The translations under genes and the position numbers were made by a program. Below the pieces are notes generated by a model. That model did not search any database. It was not told the DNA's origin and saw nothing but the letters and a program-made list of their open reading frames with translations. Below, one piece after another: positions 15,001 to 31,335 of a DNA stretch of 64,000 nt. The stretch comes from Eledone cirrhosa (taxonomy: Eukaryota). Each line of letters starts with the position of its first letter. The first letter of the stretch is position 1. The stretch is from assembly GCA_964016885.1 (NCBI GenBank), contig OZ024740.1:347386001-347450000 (forward strand), read 5' to 3'.

Positions 15001-16409
15001 CTTATTATTTCTTTCAACATATCCATATCCTCACGTTCGCAGCAGCTTCATGGTATTCTTGCCTAAAGTGCAAGATAGGCGCTGACCATCAGTTTGTGTA
15101 AGATCAATAGCTTGAATTGCTTTTGTATTTTTTTCGTTTCGCTTTTTTACACTCACAGTATCGTGCTTCGTTTTTCGATGAACACAGACATATAGTTTAC
15201 TTTAAGTAAATGAGGTCCATCCAAAGCTTAGCCGTTCTCATACATCTGGCAGATGTGCCCGATCTGCACCAATATCCATAACCTTAACAAAAACATGCTC
15301 GAGAATATGCATGTGAGCGGAACGTGGATGCCTCCAAATTGTCTTTTATATATCTTTTTATCTAAACCTAGTTAGTATTAGCTATCATTAGCTCGCATGT
15401 TTTTTTCGGGGGGGGGGGGGGGGGTGTAAGGGGTTGTTTTTCAATTTCCAATTTCATGGCGGCCCACACAGATTCCTATTTAAGAATGGATCTACCATTT
15501 AAAGCTTTTAATTTACATCCATATTTCATAAAATATCTGCATAGAATTTTTCATATTCACCATTTCCCGAAGTAGAGTAAGACAAGGAAACGAAAAGGAA
15601 TAAAAAGAAATGTGTTAGAATGATACCTAGTATATATATATATACATGTGTGTATATATATATATATTTTTTTTTTTTCCTTTAGGTCGTTTTGGAAGCC
15701 TTAACAATGCAGATGGGTAATTATCCGGGTAACAAGATCCGGTGGTGAAGAGAGAGATGTAAGTGAATGTAGAATTAGATGTATAGTGTGTAGAAGAACG
15801 TAGGAAAGAGCGTAAAAAATAAAAATAATAACACGAGATAGAGTTACCTTGGATGAGATTTAATTGTCTTATCGGTTTTGCCAGATCTTTGTTGTGGGAG
15901 AATGTTGGAATAATTTCTTTATTATAAGAACAAGCTTTAAATCATATTGTTTGCGATTAATGAAATGAACATTAAAGACTGGTCAGTTTGTTATATTGGA
16001 ACGAACGGATTTTTTTTATCTTTGTTATTACTCGTAAATGAATGTGAGGTTGGTGCCATGGAGGAAATGAGTTTAAGAGAACTTTTGTTATAGCAATACT
16101 AGGTAGCCAAGAAGCAAATGCTGGCAAGAGCAATAAATGATTTATATTTCTACAGGCTCCATTTGTAAAGGTTCCGAAGACAGCTTGCTGAGCATGCAAT
16201 ATAGAAAAGGCATTATTCAATTACCCAATAGTCATTTTGATCATATTGGGGTGCGTTGTGACTTCAAGTAAATATATGTTCCTCTGCGCTGCTGCATCAC
16301 AATTGTACTTGAACTCTTTAAAGGGTGTGATATTTTGCCGTTTCAAGAATGTAGAACGATAAACCTAAAAGGAAGGATTCAGTAACTTGCTGGAGTATTA
16401 TAGTTTTAA

Positions 16410-16743
16410 ATAATTGTTTCTACTTTAGGCACAAGGCCAGCAATTAGCCAGTGCATTACTGGTACTTTATTTTATCGACCCCGTAAGGATGAAAAGCAAA
16501 GTCATCCTCGGCGAGATTTTAGTTTAAAATAATTGTTTCTACTTTAGGCACAAGGCCAGCAATTACCCAGTACATTACTGGTACTTTATTTTATCGACCC
16601 CGTAAGGATGAAAGGCAAAGTTAACCTCGACGGGATTTGAACTCAGACCGTAAAGGGACGTAACTATGCTGGAAAGCATGGCGTCCGACTCTCTATCGAT
16701 ACTGCCAATCCACCGCCCTGGTGGATTGGCAGTATCGGTAGAG
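16410..16743 (-). mobile_element. Partial plus full SINE copies, with a short inverted head duplication
   Basis: 16410-16520 partial copy, 16530-16718 full copy. 16719-16743 is an inverted copy of the head. Confidence 0.85.
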
Positions 16744-19366
16744 TTTAAAATAATAAGTTCTCAACATATTCGGGTGTTGTACAGTTAATAAAATAGAAGG
16801 AAAATCTTAAAACCAAATGGTTTGCTAACCAGCAAAGTAAATGTCTTCCAGAATATTCAAGCTATAAATAGTCGTTTTAGGAGCACATAAGATGTCATGA
16901 CCATATATAAGAGAAGTTAAAAGTTAATGAAATGGAAAGGAAGAATAAAATCGACAAATGAAAATTTGTATTAATCCCCCATCATTCGTCTAAAGTTTTG
17001 TCTCATTTAATTATATTGTACTGTAGGACTTTCTATCTAATTTTTGGAATGGAGATTTTTTTATTTTTATCTCATGAATATTGTGGTCATACCTTTCGGA
17101 AGGGTGTTAACGTCCTCAATATATATGCCTGCATTACATATGAACACATCTTTTGACAAAGTTGATATGTTTGTTGTGGTTCTTGTAAATGTTGTTCCTA
17201 TAGATGTTCTTGATTTCGGTTACTGCAATATTGGTACTGTAGTTTCAGTTGCTTTGATCATGATCACGATGATGAGGTGGCTCACAATAATGCTGTTGCT
17301 GATGATTATGATGATGATCATGATGTCACTGTTCCTGTATAAATATTTCTTGCAGCCTTCATATTTTTTTCTTCGTGTTGGCTTTTGTAGTCATATGGCC
17401 GTTGTCATAATCTCCATTGTTTTGCTGCTGTTTTTGTTGTTGTGTTGTTGATACTGTCATTGCCACTGTTGCCAATATTTTTTACTATTGCTTCTGTTGT
17501 TCTTGTTGGTGTTGTTACCGTTGTTTTCTACTGTTTTCGATTTCATGTTGGTATCATTTTTTTCCCATCGCTGGTGGCAATGTTTGTGTTCATGCCACTG
17601 CTATTGCATAACTGTCATCTTGCTCTTTTTATTGCTGTTGTTGTTGTTTGTTGTTGTTATTTTCACTGTTGTTTTAATCTCTTTGATGTTTGTTTATTTA
17701 TTTATTGTTCTTGTTTTTTTCCCGTTGCTGTATGCAATGATATTTTGTTGTGAATATTGAAGTGGTTCTTGTGGGGTATAGTGTGGATTATTTTGTTTTC
17801 CCCTCGCTGCTCTTTGTTTATGATGGGGTTGATGTTGTTGCCATTGTTGATGTTGTTGCCATTGTTGATGCTGTTGCCGTTGTTGCCGTTGTTGATGTTA
17901 TTGTTGTCGAGTTACTATTATTTTCTATATTTATTTTGGATTTTTCTATGCTTCGATATGGGATTTTTTTCTTCTTTAAAGTATCACAATCGTCTTGTTG
18001 ATCTTGTTTTGTTTTACTGGATATTGATGCAGTTATAATATTTTTATATTACTATTTTTATATTGCGTTTTTCGTGTCGAGGGCCATGGGGTTGGTGATG
18101 GTGATCTTGTGTTGGTGACGTATTTCTTAGATGTTGATGTTGTTTTTTTCCATCAGATTTTTCTACCGTTGTGATTCTTCGGCATATCATACGATTTTTA
18201 TATGCTCTTTTTATCAAAACATCCACATCAAAGTTTAGTGCATGTATATATTTATATACCTGTGTGTTTATGTGTACCTTTGCTACATTTGTTTATTCAA
18301 TATCTTTGCTTTGTTTAGAAGGTTATATAGAGCTGGATTAAATACCTTTCTATATTTACACAGGTCCGTTTACTTTAGTTTCTGAGTTCGAATCCTAATA
18401 GGGTTGTTTTGATGTTTTGTTTTTTCATTACCGATAAATGTAATACCAGCGAAATACTGAATTTGAATAAATTGAATATATTGGTGTTTATTTTATTCAT
18501 TTTGTTTGTTTTTGTTTTTTGTTTTTTTGTTGTTATTTTGGCCCCTATAACTTTCGCTTAACTAGGTTGAGCACAAAAAACATAGTTTGGTTTCGAGTCC
18601 ATGTTGAAGTTAGTTCACGTCCATTAAATGACTTATGAGGGAAATTACTTTACAATCACAATTTTCGTATAAGAGATGTGTGCCAAGACAAAGAATCAGA
18701 TTTACTTATTTTGTTTTGTTTTTCTACAAGCACCATAGAACATGTGGCTATCTCACTATGAGTGCAGATTTCATTGTAGTTATTGTGTTCCCTCAATAAT
18801 GAAATCGTATTTGCTTTACCTCTGACGTGAATATACAAAAGTAGAGTGTTTAGTTCCTATACCCAATCGAACCCTTGTAAGTTAATTTATTAAATACTTA
18901 AGGGATATTTATTTCATTCTGAGAAAATCCTGAACACTACAACAGCTGATTTCTTAATATATAGCAGTCTATGGAGTCGTTTGACCTGCTGGATATAACA
19001 GCTCTATTTGCCACGTATCACACATATTAACTACAAAAGATATAAGCTCTCACTGTATAATGTAGTCTTATATAAAGTTTAGAACAATGTTGAGATTATC
19101 ATGGTTGAAATATTAAAAACAACAAACAAACATTTTAAAATAATCTTGAGATTATTTTTAATGATATGACAAGCTTAGAGAGTCATATTTAGTTCAGTGA
19201 TTCTAGTTTGACAATTGTGCCCCTGCTGAGATTGACGTGGCTGTTCATCAATAAATTGTTGATTCAAACATGCTTTAGTAAAATAGAGGTATTAATTATG
19301 CTAAGTATCACCAAGAAGAGTTTATTTGCTTGAAAATCGTTTTTGATTTAATTGACCCTTTTCCAT

Positions 19367-19697
19367 ACTTTGCCTTTCATCCTTACGGGATCGATAAAAT
19401 AAAGTACCAGTAACTCACTGGGATAATTGCTGGCCTTGTGCCAAAATAGAAACAATTATTTATTATATATATGTAGGGCGGTGGATTGGCAGTATCGGTA
19501 GAGCATCGGACATCATGCTTCGTAACATAGAGTTACGACTCTTTACATTCTGAGTTCAAATTCCGCCGAGGTTAGCTTTGCCACTCATCTTTACAGGGTC
19601 GATAGAATAAAGTACCTGTAAACACTGGGGTCGATTTAATCGACCTCCCCATACCCATTAAATTGCTGTCCTGGTGCCTAATGTAGAAACAATTATT
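19367..19697 (+). mobile_element. Partial plus full SINE copies
   Basis: Core and tail at 19367-19460; full copy at 19475-19697. Confidence 0.85.
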
Positions 19698-19709
19698 TAT
19701 TATAACTAA

Positions 19710-21678
19710 CTAGCAGAAAAACCACCCTTCGTGTGGTTTTCTGCTAGCATGTGTAGTGTGTATATTGATATTATACGCAAGTATATATACATGTAGATAT
19801 GATACATCAAATAAAATCGTAATTGACAATATACACAGAAATTGAACGAAGAGTGTGTTACACTGTCTTATGTAATCAGTAACGTAATCCATGATACATT
19901 AAAAAAAGACGATATTATATATAAACTGCACCAGATAGAAAAATGCGTACAGAAAAAAAAAGTAATATTGTTGGAATATAAACCTTTAAAAATACAGGAA
20001 GAAACTAAAATAAAACTTTAAAAGAATAGGACAAGAAACTAAGATAAAACTTTAAAGAATTGGACAAGAAATAAAAAATTTTACAATAATATTAGTGGCA
20101 AAATTTTTATTGGTAAAAAATCGAGTTCCACATTCATAGGCTCTGGGTTCCACATTCAGAGGTCGTCGTCAGACCGGGGGGATCATTTGATCCTGGTTTG
20201 AACACCAATTGCGCCATAACCATACCCCTATTTCATCATTCGGCGACACGCCTCATGTGTCATGCATAAAGTGAATGGACCCATGGGCCCATGAGCACAG
20301 ATCTTGAGCAGCAGCGGACGGTCTTGTCGTCCCGCTCATCCTTGATCTTGACCAACCCGTCCATCTTCTCCTTGCATCTTGTCCTTGAGTTCAAGTCCGG
20401 CAGTCCAGATGAATGCGTGCCACAGCTTTCTGGTACAGGAAGGGGGAGCAGGAGGACTGGAGGTATGACAGGATAGAGGGAGGGAGGACCGGTGGTTGAG
20501 GGAGGTGCCGTAGTCGGTGGTCAGAGTCGACATCTTGTCCCGGTCGTCTTCTCCATCTTCGTCTGGTGTTGCGGGACCAGAAGTGCATTCTTGGAGGAGA
20601 CCTGCAGCTGCATCGGCCAATTCTTCTTGCAATGGTCATTCTGACGGAGCAGAACTGCTCAGCCAACCAACCCCAACCAGAACCAACCGCTCAGGGGCAA
20701 CGCACAATGAGAGCATGACAATTGTTATGCACTAATCAAGAAGATACTGGGGCATAGCACAGGAAACGAATAAAAAAATGTTGCCACTAATATTATTGTA
20801 AAATTTTTTTATTTCTTGTCCAATTCTTTAAAGTTTTATCTTAGTTTCTTGTCCTATTCTTTTAAAGTTTTATCTTAGTTTCTTGTCCTATTCTTTTAAA
20901 GTTTTATTTTAGTTTCTTGTCCTGTATTTTTAAAGGTTTATATTCCAACAATGTTACTTTTTTTTTATGTACGCATTTTTCTATCTGGTCTACTATTTTT
21001 TAAGGCAATGCAAGCAACAACTATCTAATAATTAAATGATCATAGTGAATTACTGACAAGTGATTGACATGTTAAAGTTCTTTTGAGTATAATTGCAATC
21101 TAGTTGAGGCAACTGGATTAATGACAAAGCTACGTCATAATGACAAAGCTACGTCATTTCTGGATTACCTCCCCTAGCGTCACGCTTACTACTCACTCAC
21201 TTGAACACAAGATTTATCAGCAAACTTTGATTATAAACTTTTTCCCGCTGGACCAAATTTCTAGATTTTTAAGCCAAAAGATGCGTAATGATCTACTGTT
21301 CATGCTCATATAAGTTTTATCTCAGTTAAATAAAGTAGAGCCGCGCTGTACTGTCGTAAACAGACGATTGCCAACGAAAACACGACCACAACAATATTAC
21401 TAAACAGACTACCGTCCGTTTAGGATTAGGAGAAAATTAGTGACAGAAAATTAATATGTTTATTTAAGCGATCGCCACCGGAAGTGTTGACATTTGAAAA
21501 TTTTAAAGAAGTGAATCTTTAAATAAATAATAAAATATATTTAATGAACAGCCACGAAATTTAGTAGATAAAGTATGTAATATTCATTCATTATTTATTC
21601 AAAGTAATCTTATTTTACTAATGGGATAAATTAAAAACCGTACACACTCCCGCGCTTCTTACTTTATTATAGTTTAGA
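19710..21678 (-). mobile_element. Non-autonomous Helitron
   Basis: Minus strand starts A|TCTAAACTATAATAAAG and ends with a hairpin (agcagaaaaccac..gtggtttttctgct) plus CTAG|T: TC...CTAG termini in an AT target, no TSD. Confidence 0.7.
19931..20989. repeat. Internal foldback with about 180-220 bp arms containing about 30 bp subrepeats, around a GC-rich core
   Basis: 19931-20108 is the reverse complement of about 20772-20989, which has one extra subrepeat. Confidence 0.85.
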
Positions 21679-22783
21679 TTCAGAAACAATACTCTGCAAC
21701 ACGAATTGGAATACGGAGAACTCAAAACGTACATAGGCGAATCATACAGTCTTTAGGTTTTACCTTCTAAACCACCTTTCTTTTGTATTTCCTGTTTCCT
21801 TCTTCCCTCCTATATGTTCTAATACCGTGTTTAGATAAAATTACATAACCCTCAAAAGATTACATGTTTCTCAAACCAGTCTACAGTTGGATATTACTTC
21901 TGCAGTTTATGCATGACTAACTCACGTAACTCTTCAATTAGTTGAAAATTGGTACCATATGTAGCAGCTGTAGTACAAGACAATTGACATGCGCATTGTA
22001 TAACTATGTTAGGCAATAATAACTTTCAATCTCCACTAATGTATAGCATGCAGATAAACGAACTTCGCTATTTGAATGGTACACATTCCACATGAAGACA
22101 ACATATTCACATGGGGTCCCAGTCTTAATTTTTAAAGGAAATGAGAATAGGAAGATTCTGTACGATTTCTGGTAGGATAATACTTTTACATAAGATATTT
22201 CTTGCGAAAATGTATTGAAAAATATTAAATAGTTATATCCCCGGTATTTGGATATGCTTCCAATAAATGTTATTCTTTTATAGTTTAAAATGTTTCAATC
22301 ATTGAAGTAACTCCTTCAGTGGTGCGGTATAGTTAATTATATAAATCTAATTACTTCGCAGGTAATTTTTATCGTTTAGTCAGAAGGGAGAGTAGCACGC
22401 ATTACTGTTTTCAGAGTGTCCAAAACTGGTGGTAGTGATAGCTATCTTCAAACTGTAGAGTTCATTTAGCAGAGAGGACTCAGCTACAGGTGTTTTTGTT
22501 AAACCTGATAACAAATGAAATCTGCTACTTAAGCGGGTTACGGCAAGATAGTAACTCAGAAGAGCCGAAAACCTAACAATTTCGCCGATTCTCTACTCTT
22601 AGGCCAATACTTATTTATCGAACGCGGAAAGATGAAAAGAGATGTTTACTTTCGCGAGATTTGGATGCAGAACACGGTGAGCTGGAATAAAGATGAAAGA
22701 CATTGCCGGCCTGGTTTCGAGAAACAAGATGCCGTAGGACAGAACAAAGGAGAGGCAAAAAAAAACAAAGAAAAGAACCCCCA

Positions 22784-22826
22784 GTCACTGAAGAGGTCAC
22801 AGAATGTGTGACGAAAGAACTTTGAC
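22784..22826 (+). ncRNA. Type I hammerhead in a Naiad-like pLTR fragment (about 22715-22958)
   Basis: gtca CTGAAGA g-gtcaca-gaatg-tgtgac GAAA gaac TT tgac. Identical to 55372-55414. Confidence 0.75.
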
Positions 22827-22953
22827 AATATATAAACAACCATCTGGTTGTGGAACCAACCAACCTGAAATTTATAAATTTATTATAATAAATTGAAGTG
22901 AACGCGTCTGGTGCGTGTGTTTCTTATTGGCAACATGACCCTCCCAAAGTATA

Positions 22954-24989
<2,036 letters not shown>

Positions 24990-24994
<5 letters not shown>

Positions 24995-25688
24995 GGATTT
25001 AAATGGATACAGTTTAGTTAAAAGGAATATATTGACACGCGTTTCAATAACAGTTACATAACCTGAAAACAGCTGCTATCTACAAAGTATTAGTTATGCA
25101 GACATTCAATATTTCAATGTTATTATCAAATGTCATTTCATCAGAATAATTTTTACTGAGGACCTGTTTGGTTTTTATAGAGAATATTAGGAGGGAGGGG
25201 TGAGGTTGTTAGAAGAATAGTTGAGGGAGTGGTTTTTTGATAGCAGTGAGAATTTTTGGTGGCAGTGAGTAATTAGATTCCCATCTGTTGTTTTGACATT
25301 TTTATAGAATATATTATTGGTTATTTTTTTAAATCTATAGAAGGATTAGGGATAGTATAGATATGCATGGTTGGTTTTGTGTTTGTACTTAATTAACATT
25401 CAGACTTAAATTTTTCTTTCAAGTGTACGTATCCTTTCGCCCACGCATTCACACGCAAACATATATGCACACCTCTACAAAATACATATACTCACATACA
25501 ATACTTACATGCTCATACTTACATACATATACACATGCACATATATATATATATACATATATATACATATATACATGTACAAACATACGCATTCATGTGT
25601 ATACATTTTCATACTCAACTTATCTTTATATACACACGTATAGACACATACATATATACATACATACTCCAGTCTATGTGTGTATATA

Positions 25689-25759
<71 letters not shown>

Positions 25760-26480
25760 ACTTTAATACATGAATACACTTACATCTAACTATACACATC
25801 AAACATATATATATATTTACTTATTTATATACATTTTCACATATATATACATACATATGGTCGCTTTTAGACACACTCATTATAGCATATTCGCACCTAT
25901 TCTCATCAGCATATCTTTCCATTATTAGTGTGGTAATTTAAGGTTATTAATATACATATATATGTTGAGAAGAGATTGTTTTTATATTTTTCTAACTAGA
26001 TTGAGGTTTATATAGTTGGGGGGATGTCCCTCTTTTGTGTAATATTCAGCTTGTAGTGAAAAAAAGGGTTTTAGTTCGGTGACGGCAGAATAATGTTCGT
26101 TCAATTCTGTTATTAAGCAATTTCTTCTTGTGTGTGATTATGTAATAAATCTCAAAATTACACAATTTGCAAAAATTTTGGCTACTGGAAAAGCTTTGGG
26201 TTTTAGCTAATTTCTCCCATTTTAGGGTAAACTTTTGATCTCTATCCCTGAGCGTCCAAGCTTTTTCTGCTAAAGTTGTTACATTTCTTTGGCTCTGGTG
26301 TTTTATTGAGTAAGAATGCCTATATAATCGAGATTTAAACGATGTTGCCGTTGATCCCACGTAATACCACTCGTTGCCTCCGGATTTAATGGTACACTTA
26401 TAAATGATATTTTTTTCCAGGCAGTTATTACCGACCGAGGGGGCAGTTGTCAGGATAGGTGCAGTTACAGTGGTGTACGT
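24990..26480 (-). mobile_element. 5'-truncated PLE (GIY-YIG plus 3' UTR)
   Basis: CLEKNIIYKC...YVGSTATSFKSRLYRH...CKLC..E...LLNNRIE. 3' end abuts (TA)n. Decayed HHR-like motif at 25103-25148(-). Confidence 0.85.
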
Positions 26481-26604
26481 TGGGTTTTCTCTGGAGTAGT
26501 ATTGCGGACGAACTTAGGAACTACAACTGGAACCGTCGAGCAAACTCTACGTGAGCTGTTCATCTACTGTGTGTAATATTTAAATTAAAACACTACGGAA
26601 AATA

Positions 26605-26799
<195 letters not shown>

Positions 26800-26827
26800 T
26801 TGGAAAATGTGTGAGATCCTTGGTACA

Positions 26828-26960
26828 GTGAGGAAAAAGGAAAAGAATGACTTCACTTGTATTTCTAAACAATTTGATTTAATGTTATAATATTATAATA
26901 TAAAATTAAATCAAATTGTTTAGAACTACCAGTGTAGTCATTCTTTTCCTTTTTTTCACA
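26828..26960. repeat. Inverted repeat between microsatellites
   Basis: aaaaggaaaagaatgact...ctaaacaatttgatttaat versus attaaatcaaattgtttag...agtcattcttttcctttt. Confidence 0.7.
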
Positions 26961-26967
26961 TATATAG

Positions 26968-27002
<35 letters not shown>

Positions 27003-27018
27003 TATATATATATATACT

Positions 27019-27090
<72 letters not shown>

Positions 27091-27479
27091 AATGTAATCT
27101 GAGTTTTTCGAATATTAATAATAATATTTGATTCGTTTGCAATTATGTAAACAAGCCTTATATTTAAAGCCATGTCAATAGAATGAGCCCCTCATTGGCA
27201 TGAAAATAGAACTGTAGAAGTTAATGTTTCTGGGTATTACCCTTCAACAGTACAGTTCGCTGTTCACCTGCCAACTGTCAGAGCTAGTGAAAATATATGA
27301 TATATTCTAAAATATATATTGACTGATCGGCCTAATTTGCATATTAGCAGACTGGCTGATCAGACAGATCTGCATATCAGCAGATCCACTGACCAGCCAG
27401 ATTTGCAAATCAGCAGACTGGCCAGTCTGTTTCCTGTATACGAGCGATCAATGACCGGCTTTGCCATATTCAAATAAAA

Positions 27480-27527
<48 letters not shown>

Positions 27528-27570
27528 AATTCAAAATATTAACAAACATAGACATTCGTGTGATCTAGTA

Positions 27571-27637
27571 TATTTTCTTATACATATTTCAGAGGTACTG
27601 GGCTATCTTCAGCAGTACGTCCTCATCAGATAAAATA
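27571..27637 (-). ncRNA. Type I hammerhead (pLTR family also at 30898, 33941 and 39397)
   Basis: tattttat CTGATGA ggacgtactg..cagtacctct GAAA tatgta TA agaaaata. Confidence 0.7.
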
Positions 27638-28724
27638 AGATAATGCATGACATGCCCTGACTTAGTAGATGGTAAAGATTCAGTCATGGTAGTGAATAAG
27701 ATATGAAAAAACTCAATATTTATATACCTTAAGATTGAGACATAAAAACATTACATATAATACAGATGTTTCGTGTGAGAAAGCTTTAAAAAATACATAA
27801 TAACAATTTACATAACTGTTAGAGATTCAAATAATTTAAATTATTGAAGAAAGAAGAAAGATAGAGAGAGAAACAGATGAGGAAAAAGATAGTTACTAGA
27901 AGTATAGAAATATCTTATGCACGAAATCGAAAGAGAATTGATTAAGAACAGAGAGACAAGGAAGAATAATGTTTATAGTATAAAGCATAGGGAGGGAGAT
28001 TTGTATTGCCGTGGATAAATAGCGCATAATTAGATGATGCAAATATATATATATATAAATACATAAATATACATTTGGGCATAGCTTTGTGAAAAATAAA
28101 TTCGAATCTTTGAATTATCTAGAAATAATCAATCAATCTAAATATTAAATATATCTGGGTGTAATTATATGAGGGTTTAATTTCGAGTCCTTAAGTTAAT
28201 TAGAAATATACTATTAATCAATTATATATATATATCCAAACGTATCCGGATGACCGTTAAATTTCGAATCATTTATGTTCGTTCAGAATAGTGAATTAAT
28301 CTAAAGGTATAATATTTCGGTCTATAAAAATTTATAAGTATTTATATTAAAGTATACTATCATATTTAATTTATAATATCATATTTAAAGTATTTGCAAA
28401 CATGAGAAAGAAGAGACTTAATATTTTCTTCATCTCGAAGGTAATCCATATTAAATTATATTAAAAAAAAATTTTTTTTTTATATGGAAGAGATTTTATA
28501 TTAAAAAATAATAATCATTATATAATTTAGAAATTGATTACAATTATAACTTTAAAAATTTTAAATTAACAATTAGAATTCCATAAAGTATCCAAAGGCC
28601 TTATAATGATACTTAAAAAGGGTATTATTAAACTAGATATACGCATTTGTCTAAATTTATACAAAGAGTATATTGTTTAAAGTTTAAGACGATATTAGTC
28701 AGTTATATATAATATAATATAATA

Positions 28725-28913
28725 TAATTGTTTCTACTTTAGGCACAAGGCCAGCAAACACCCAGTGCATTACTGGTACTTTATTTTATCGACCCCGTAA
28801 GGATGAATGGCAGAGTCGACCTCGGCGGGATTTGAACTCAGATCGTAAAGGGACGTAACTATCCTGGAAAGCATGGCGTCCGACCCTCTACCGATACTGC
28901 CAATCCACTGCCC
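28725..28913 (-). mobile_element. tRNA-derived SINE inserted in the PLE 3' UTR
   Basis: Full-length copy close to the family consensus. Confidence 0.9.
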
Positions 28914-31244
28914 TTATATATAATATAATATAATAAATAAGTTATTGTTAATATTGTTAACATTAACGTTTTACATCAGTTATTATATTAGGATCATGTA
29001 ATACATATATACTATAAATATACAAATCAAACTTCATGAATCATAAAAGATAAGAACCAGATTCAAAATAAATAAATAAATGGTTTGCGATCCTATAAGT
29101 GCCAAATATCTAAGCAATATAATTTAAAAATACAAGAACATTTTTAAGGATCTATATTATAGTATAATATCATATTTAAAGTGTCTGCAAACATGAGAAA
29201 GAGAAGACTTAAGATTTTCATCAACCCGAAGGTAAACCTAATTTAATTATATTAAAAAATAATAATCATTATATAATTTAGAAAATATTTAACAAATATA
29301 ACACTAGAAAGTCCTTAAGTATCTAAGGCACTTATAAATGTAGCTTATTAAACTAGATATATATATTTGTCTAAATACATACAGAGTATTCTGTTCAAAA
29401 CTCATTATATTAGTGATCTATATACAAATAATAAATAATAAATACAATTATTGTTAATAATGTTATAATTGAAGTTTTACATCAAGTTAAGTGGAAAAGG
29501 TTTGTCGACTAGGATCGTGTGCGACACATATACCATAAATATATAAATCACACATCTTGAATCTTAAAACCAACATACTCCAAATGAATAAATAAATGAA
29601 TGGTTTACAGTTCCTTGTTAACCATATAAGCTATATATTTAAAAAAATACAAAAATCCAGACCAAATAAAATGTACTTACACAATAAAATGATATGCATA
29701 TTCATCAAGAGATCATGTTAACAGTCTATATGTTTATATATTTATATAGAACCCTTAATCTAACATTAATCATATCGTAAATGAATAAAAATTATTATAA
29801 GGTTTTATAATCTGTTATAACATTTTCCGCACTCAGTTGATAAGATACGTCAAAAATTATAACTTATTTATTCAGTGTTTTTTCCTGACTTTTTGCGAGG
29901 CTTGGAATGTAGAAGAAGGTTTATGTAGGCAATTTGAGAATAATTCACTTTTTTAGTTAATTAAATTTTCATAATTAGTAATTAATAATAGGGTATCCAT
30001 GGTACATAGATTGCAGTTAGGTGATATTGAAGAATTCAAGTAGATTCGACTATTACACAGCTTCGACCAAGAAATCGAGTATTTTAAATTTTTGTCTTTT
30101 AATGACCATATAAGTTGTGATAAAGAAGTCGAAGATTTCCCATTAGGATTCGAGAAAGAACATTTGTGATTCGAAAATCTTAATTTAAATGTCGATGAAG
30201 TTGCACCAATATAGTTGTATGTGATGTTATTTGCTTTTACGGTGCATTTATAGACCAGATTGCTATCCAGACAATTATTTTGCAGAGGGCAATTTGATCT
30301 ATTTCTATAATTACATTTTGATTTATTGTTATTACTATAAATTGGACAATTGACATTAAGATTGCTAGTACTTTGAAGTGTTCTATTGATTGTGCTTAGA
30401 TTAATGTTATTGTTATTCCTAGTATTAATATTGCTAGTGTTATTATATTCATTATCGCTAATTGTTTGTTGGTTATGATTTAGAATTCTACTATTTATTT
30501 TTGCGATGTTCTGGGCCATATTCATAGTTGTAGAATAAGAAAGTTAATTGTGTGTCTGTTAAATATGGAACGGTATTTATGTTGAATGGGGAAGCATTTA
30601 TCTAAAGCTTTAAAGAATAGATTTGCGAGTGGTGTTTTTATTGCTACAGAAGCTGGGGGAGCAAACCATATAATTGATTTAGTTCTGATTTTTTCCCCGA
30701 TTTAATCACGGTATTGGTGTTTGTATTATAATTTTTAAAATCTCGTTTATATATGTTAGTATGCACCCTCTGTATTATATGTAATGTTTTCATGTCTCAA
30801 TCTTAAGGTATATAAATATTGAGTTTTGTCATATATTATTCACTACCATGACTGAATCTTAACCATCTACTAAGTCAGGGTATGTCATGCATCATCTTAT
30901 TTTATCTGCTGAGGGCGTACTGTTGAAGATAGCTCATTACCTCTGAAATATGTATAATAAAATATACTTGATCACACGAATGTCTATGTTTGTTAATATT
31001 TTGAATTAATATTAATAACTCCGGAAAACCATATCTGTGGAGTGCTTCTAATCTATTGTAAAACTCATTCTTTGTTTTATTCATTGAACCGTGCTTAACC
31101 TTTAAATATATATATATAATTGGTGTTGGATGCTTAAAGCGTCCGTATGCGGTAGGGCGTTTGAGCACTCGATGCTCTCACAGAGCAGAGTGTGATATCA
31201 CAAAAAAAAGAGAAGCAGTGTTGCGACGAATGGAATTTATTGAA

Positions 31245-31335
31245 CATATTACAATCGTTTCTCTGGCGACCAGCTCGAGGCACCATCGATGTGATGATCG
31301 AACCTGACTCTGAAATCGCAAGGTCCTCAGATACG
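31245..31335 (-). ncRNA. Type I hammerhead in foldback 31195-31427
   Basis: cgtat CTGAGGA c-cttgcgatt...ggtcgccag-a GAAA cgattg TA atatg. Confidence 0.65.

Larger units (their letters stand above)
27522..31105 (-). mobile_element. 5'-truncated PLE with long 3' UTR and inverted 5' pLTR
   Basis: Linker plus GIY-YIG at about 29953-30700 (IIWFAPP..KTPLANLFFKALDKCFP; CPLQNNCLDSNLVYKC; YIGATSSTFKLRFSNH). pLTR 27522-27765(-) is inverted at 30768-31105(+). Internal duplication 28370-29160 / 29160-29690. Confidence 0.85.

Noticed and set aside
17044-18230. Hydrophobic or Cys-rich ORFs as membrane proteins
   Set aside because: They come from an old degenerate (GTT/GAT)n tract that is open in several frames.
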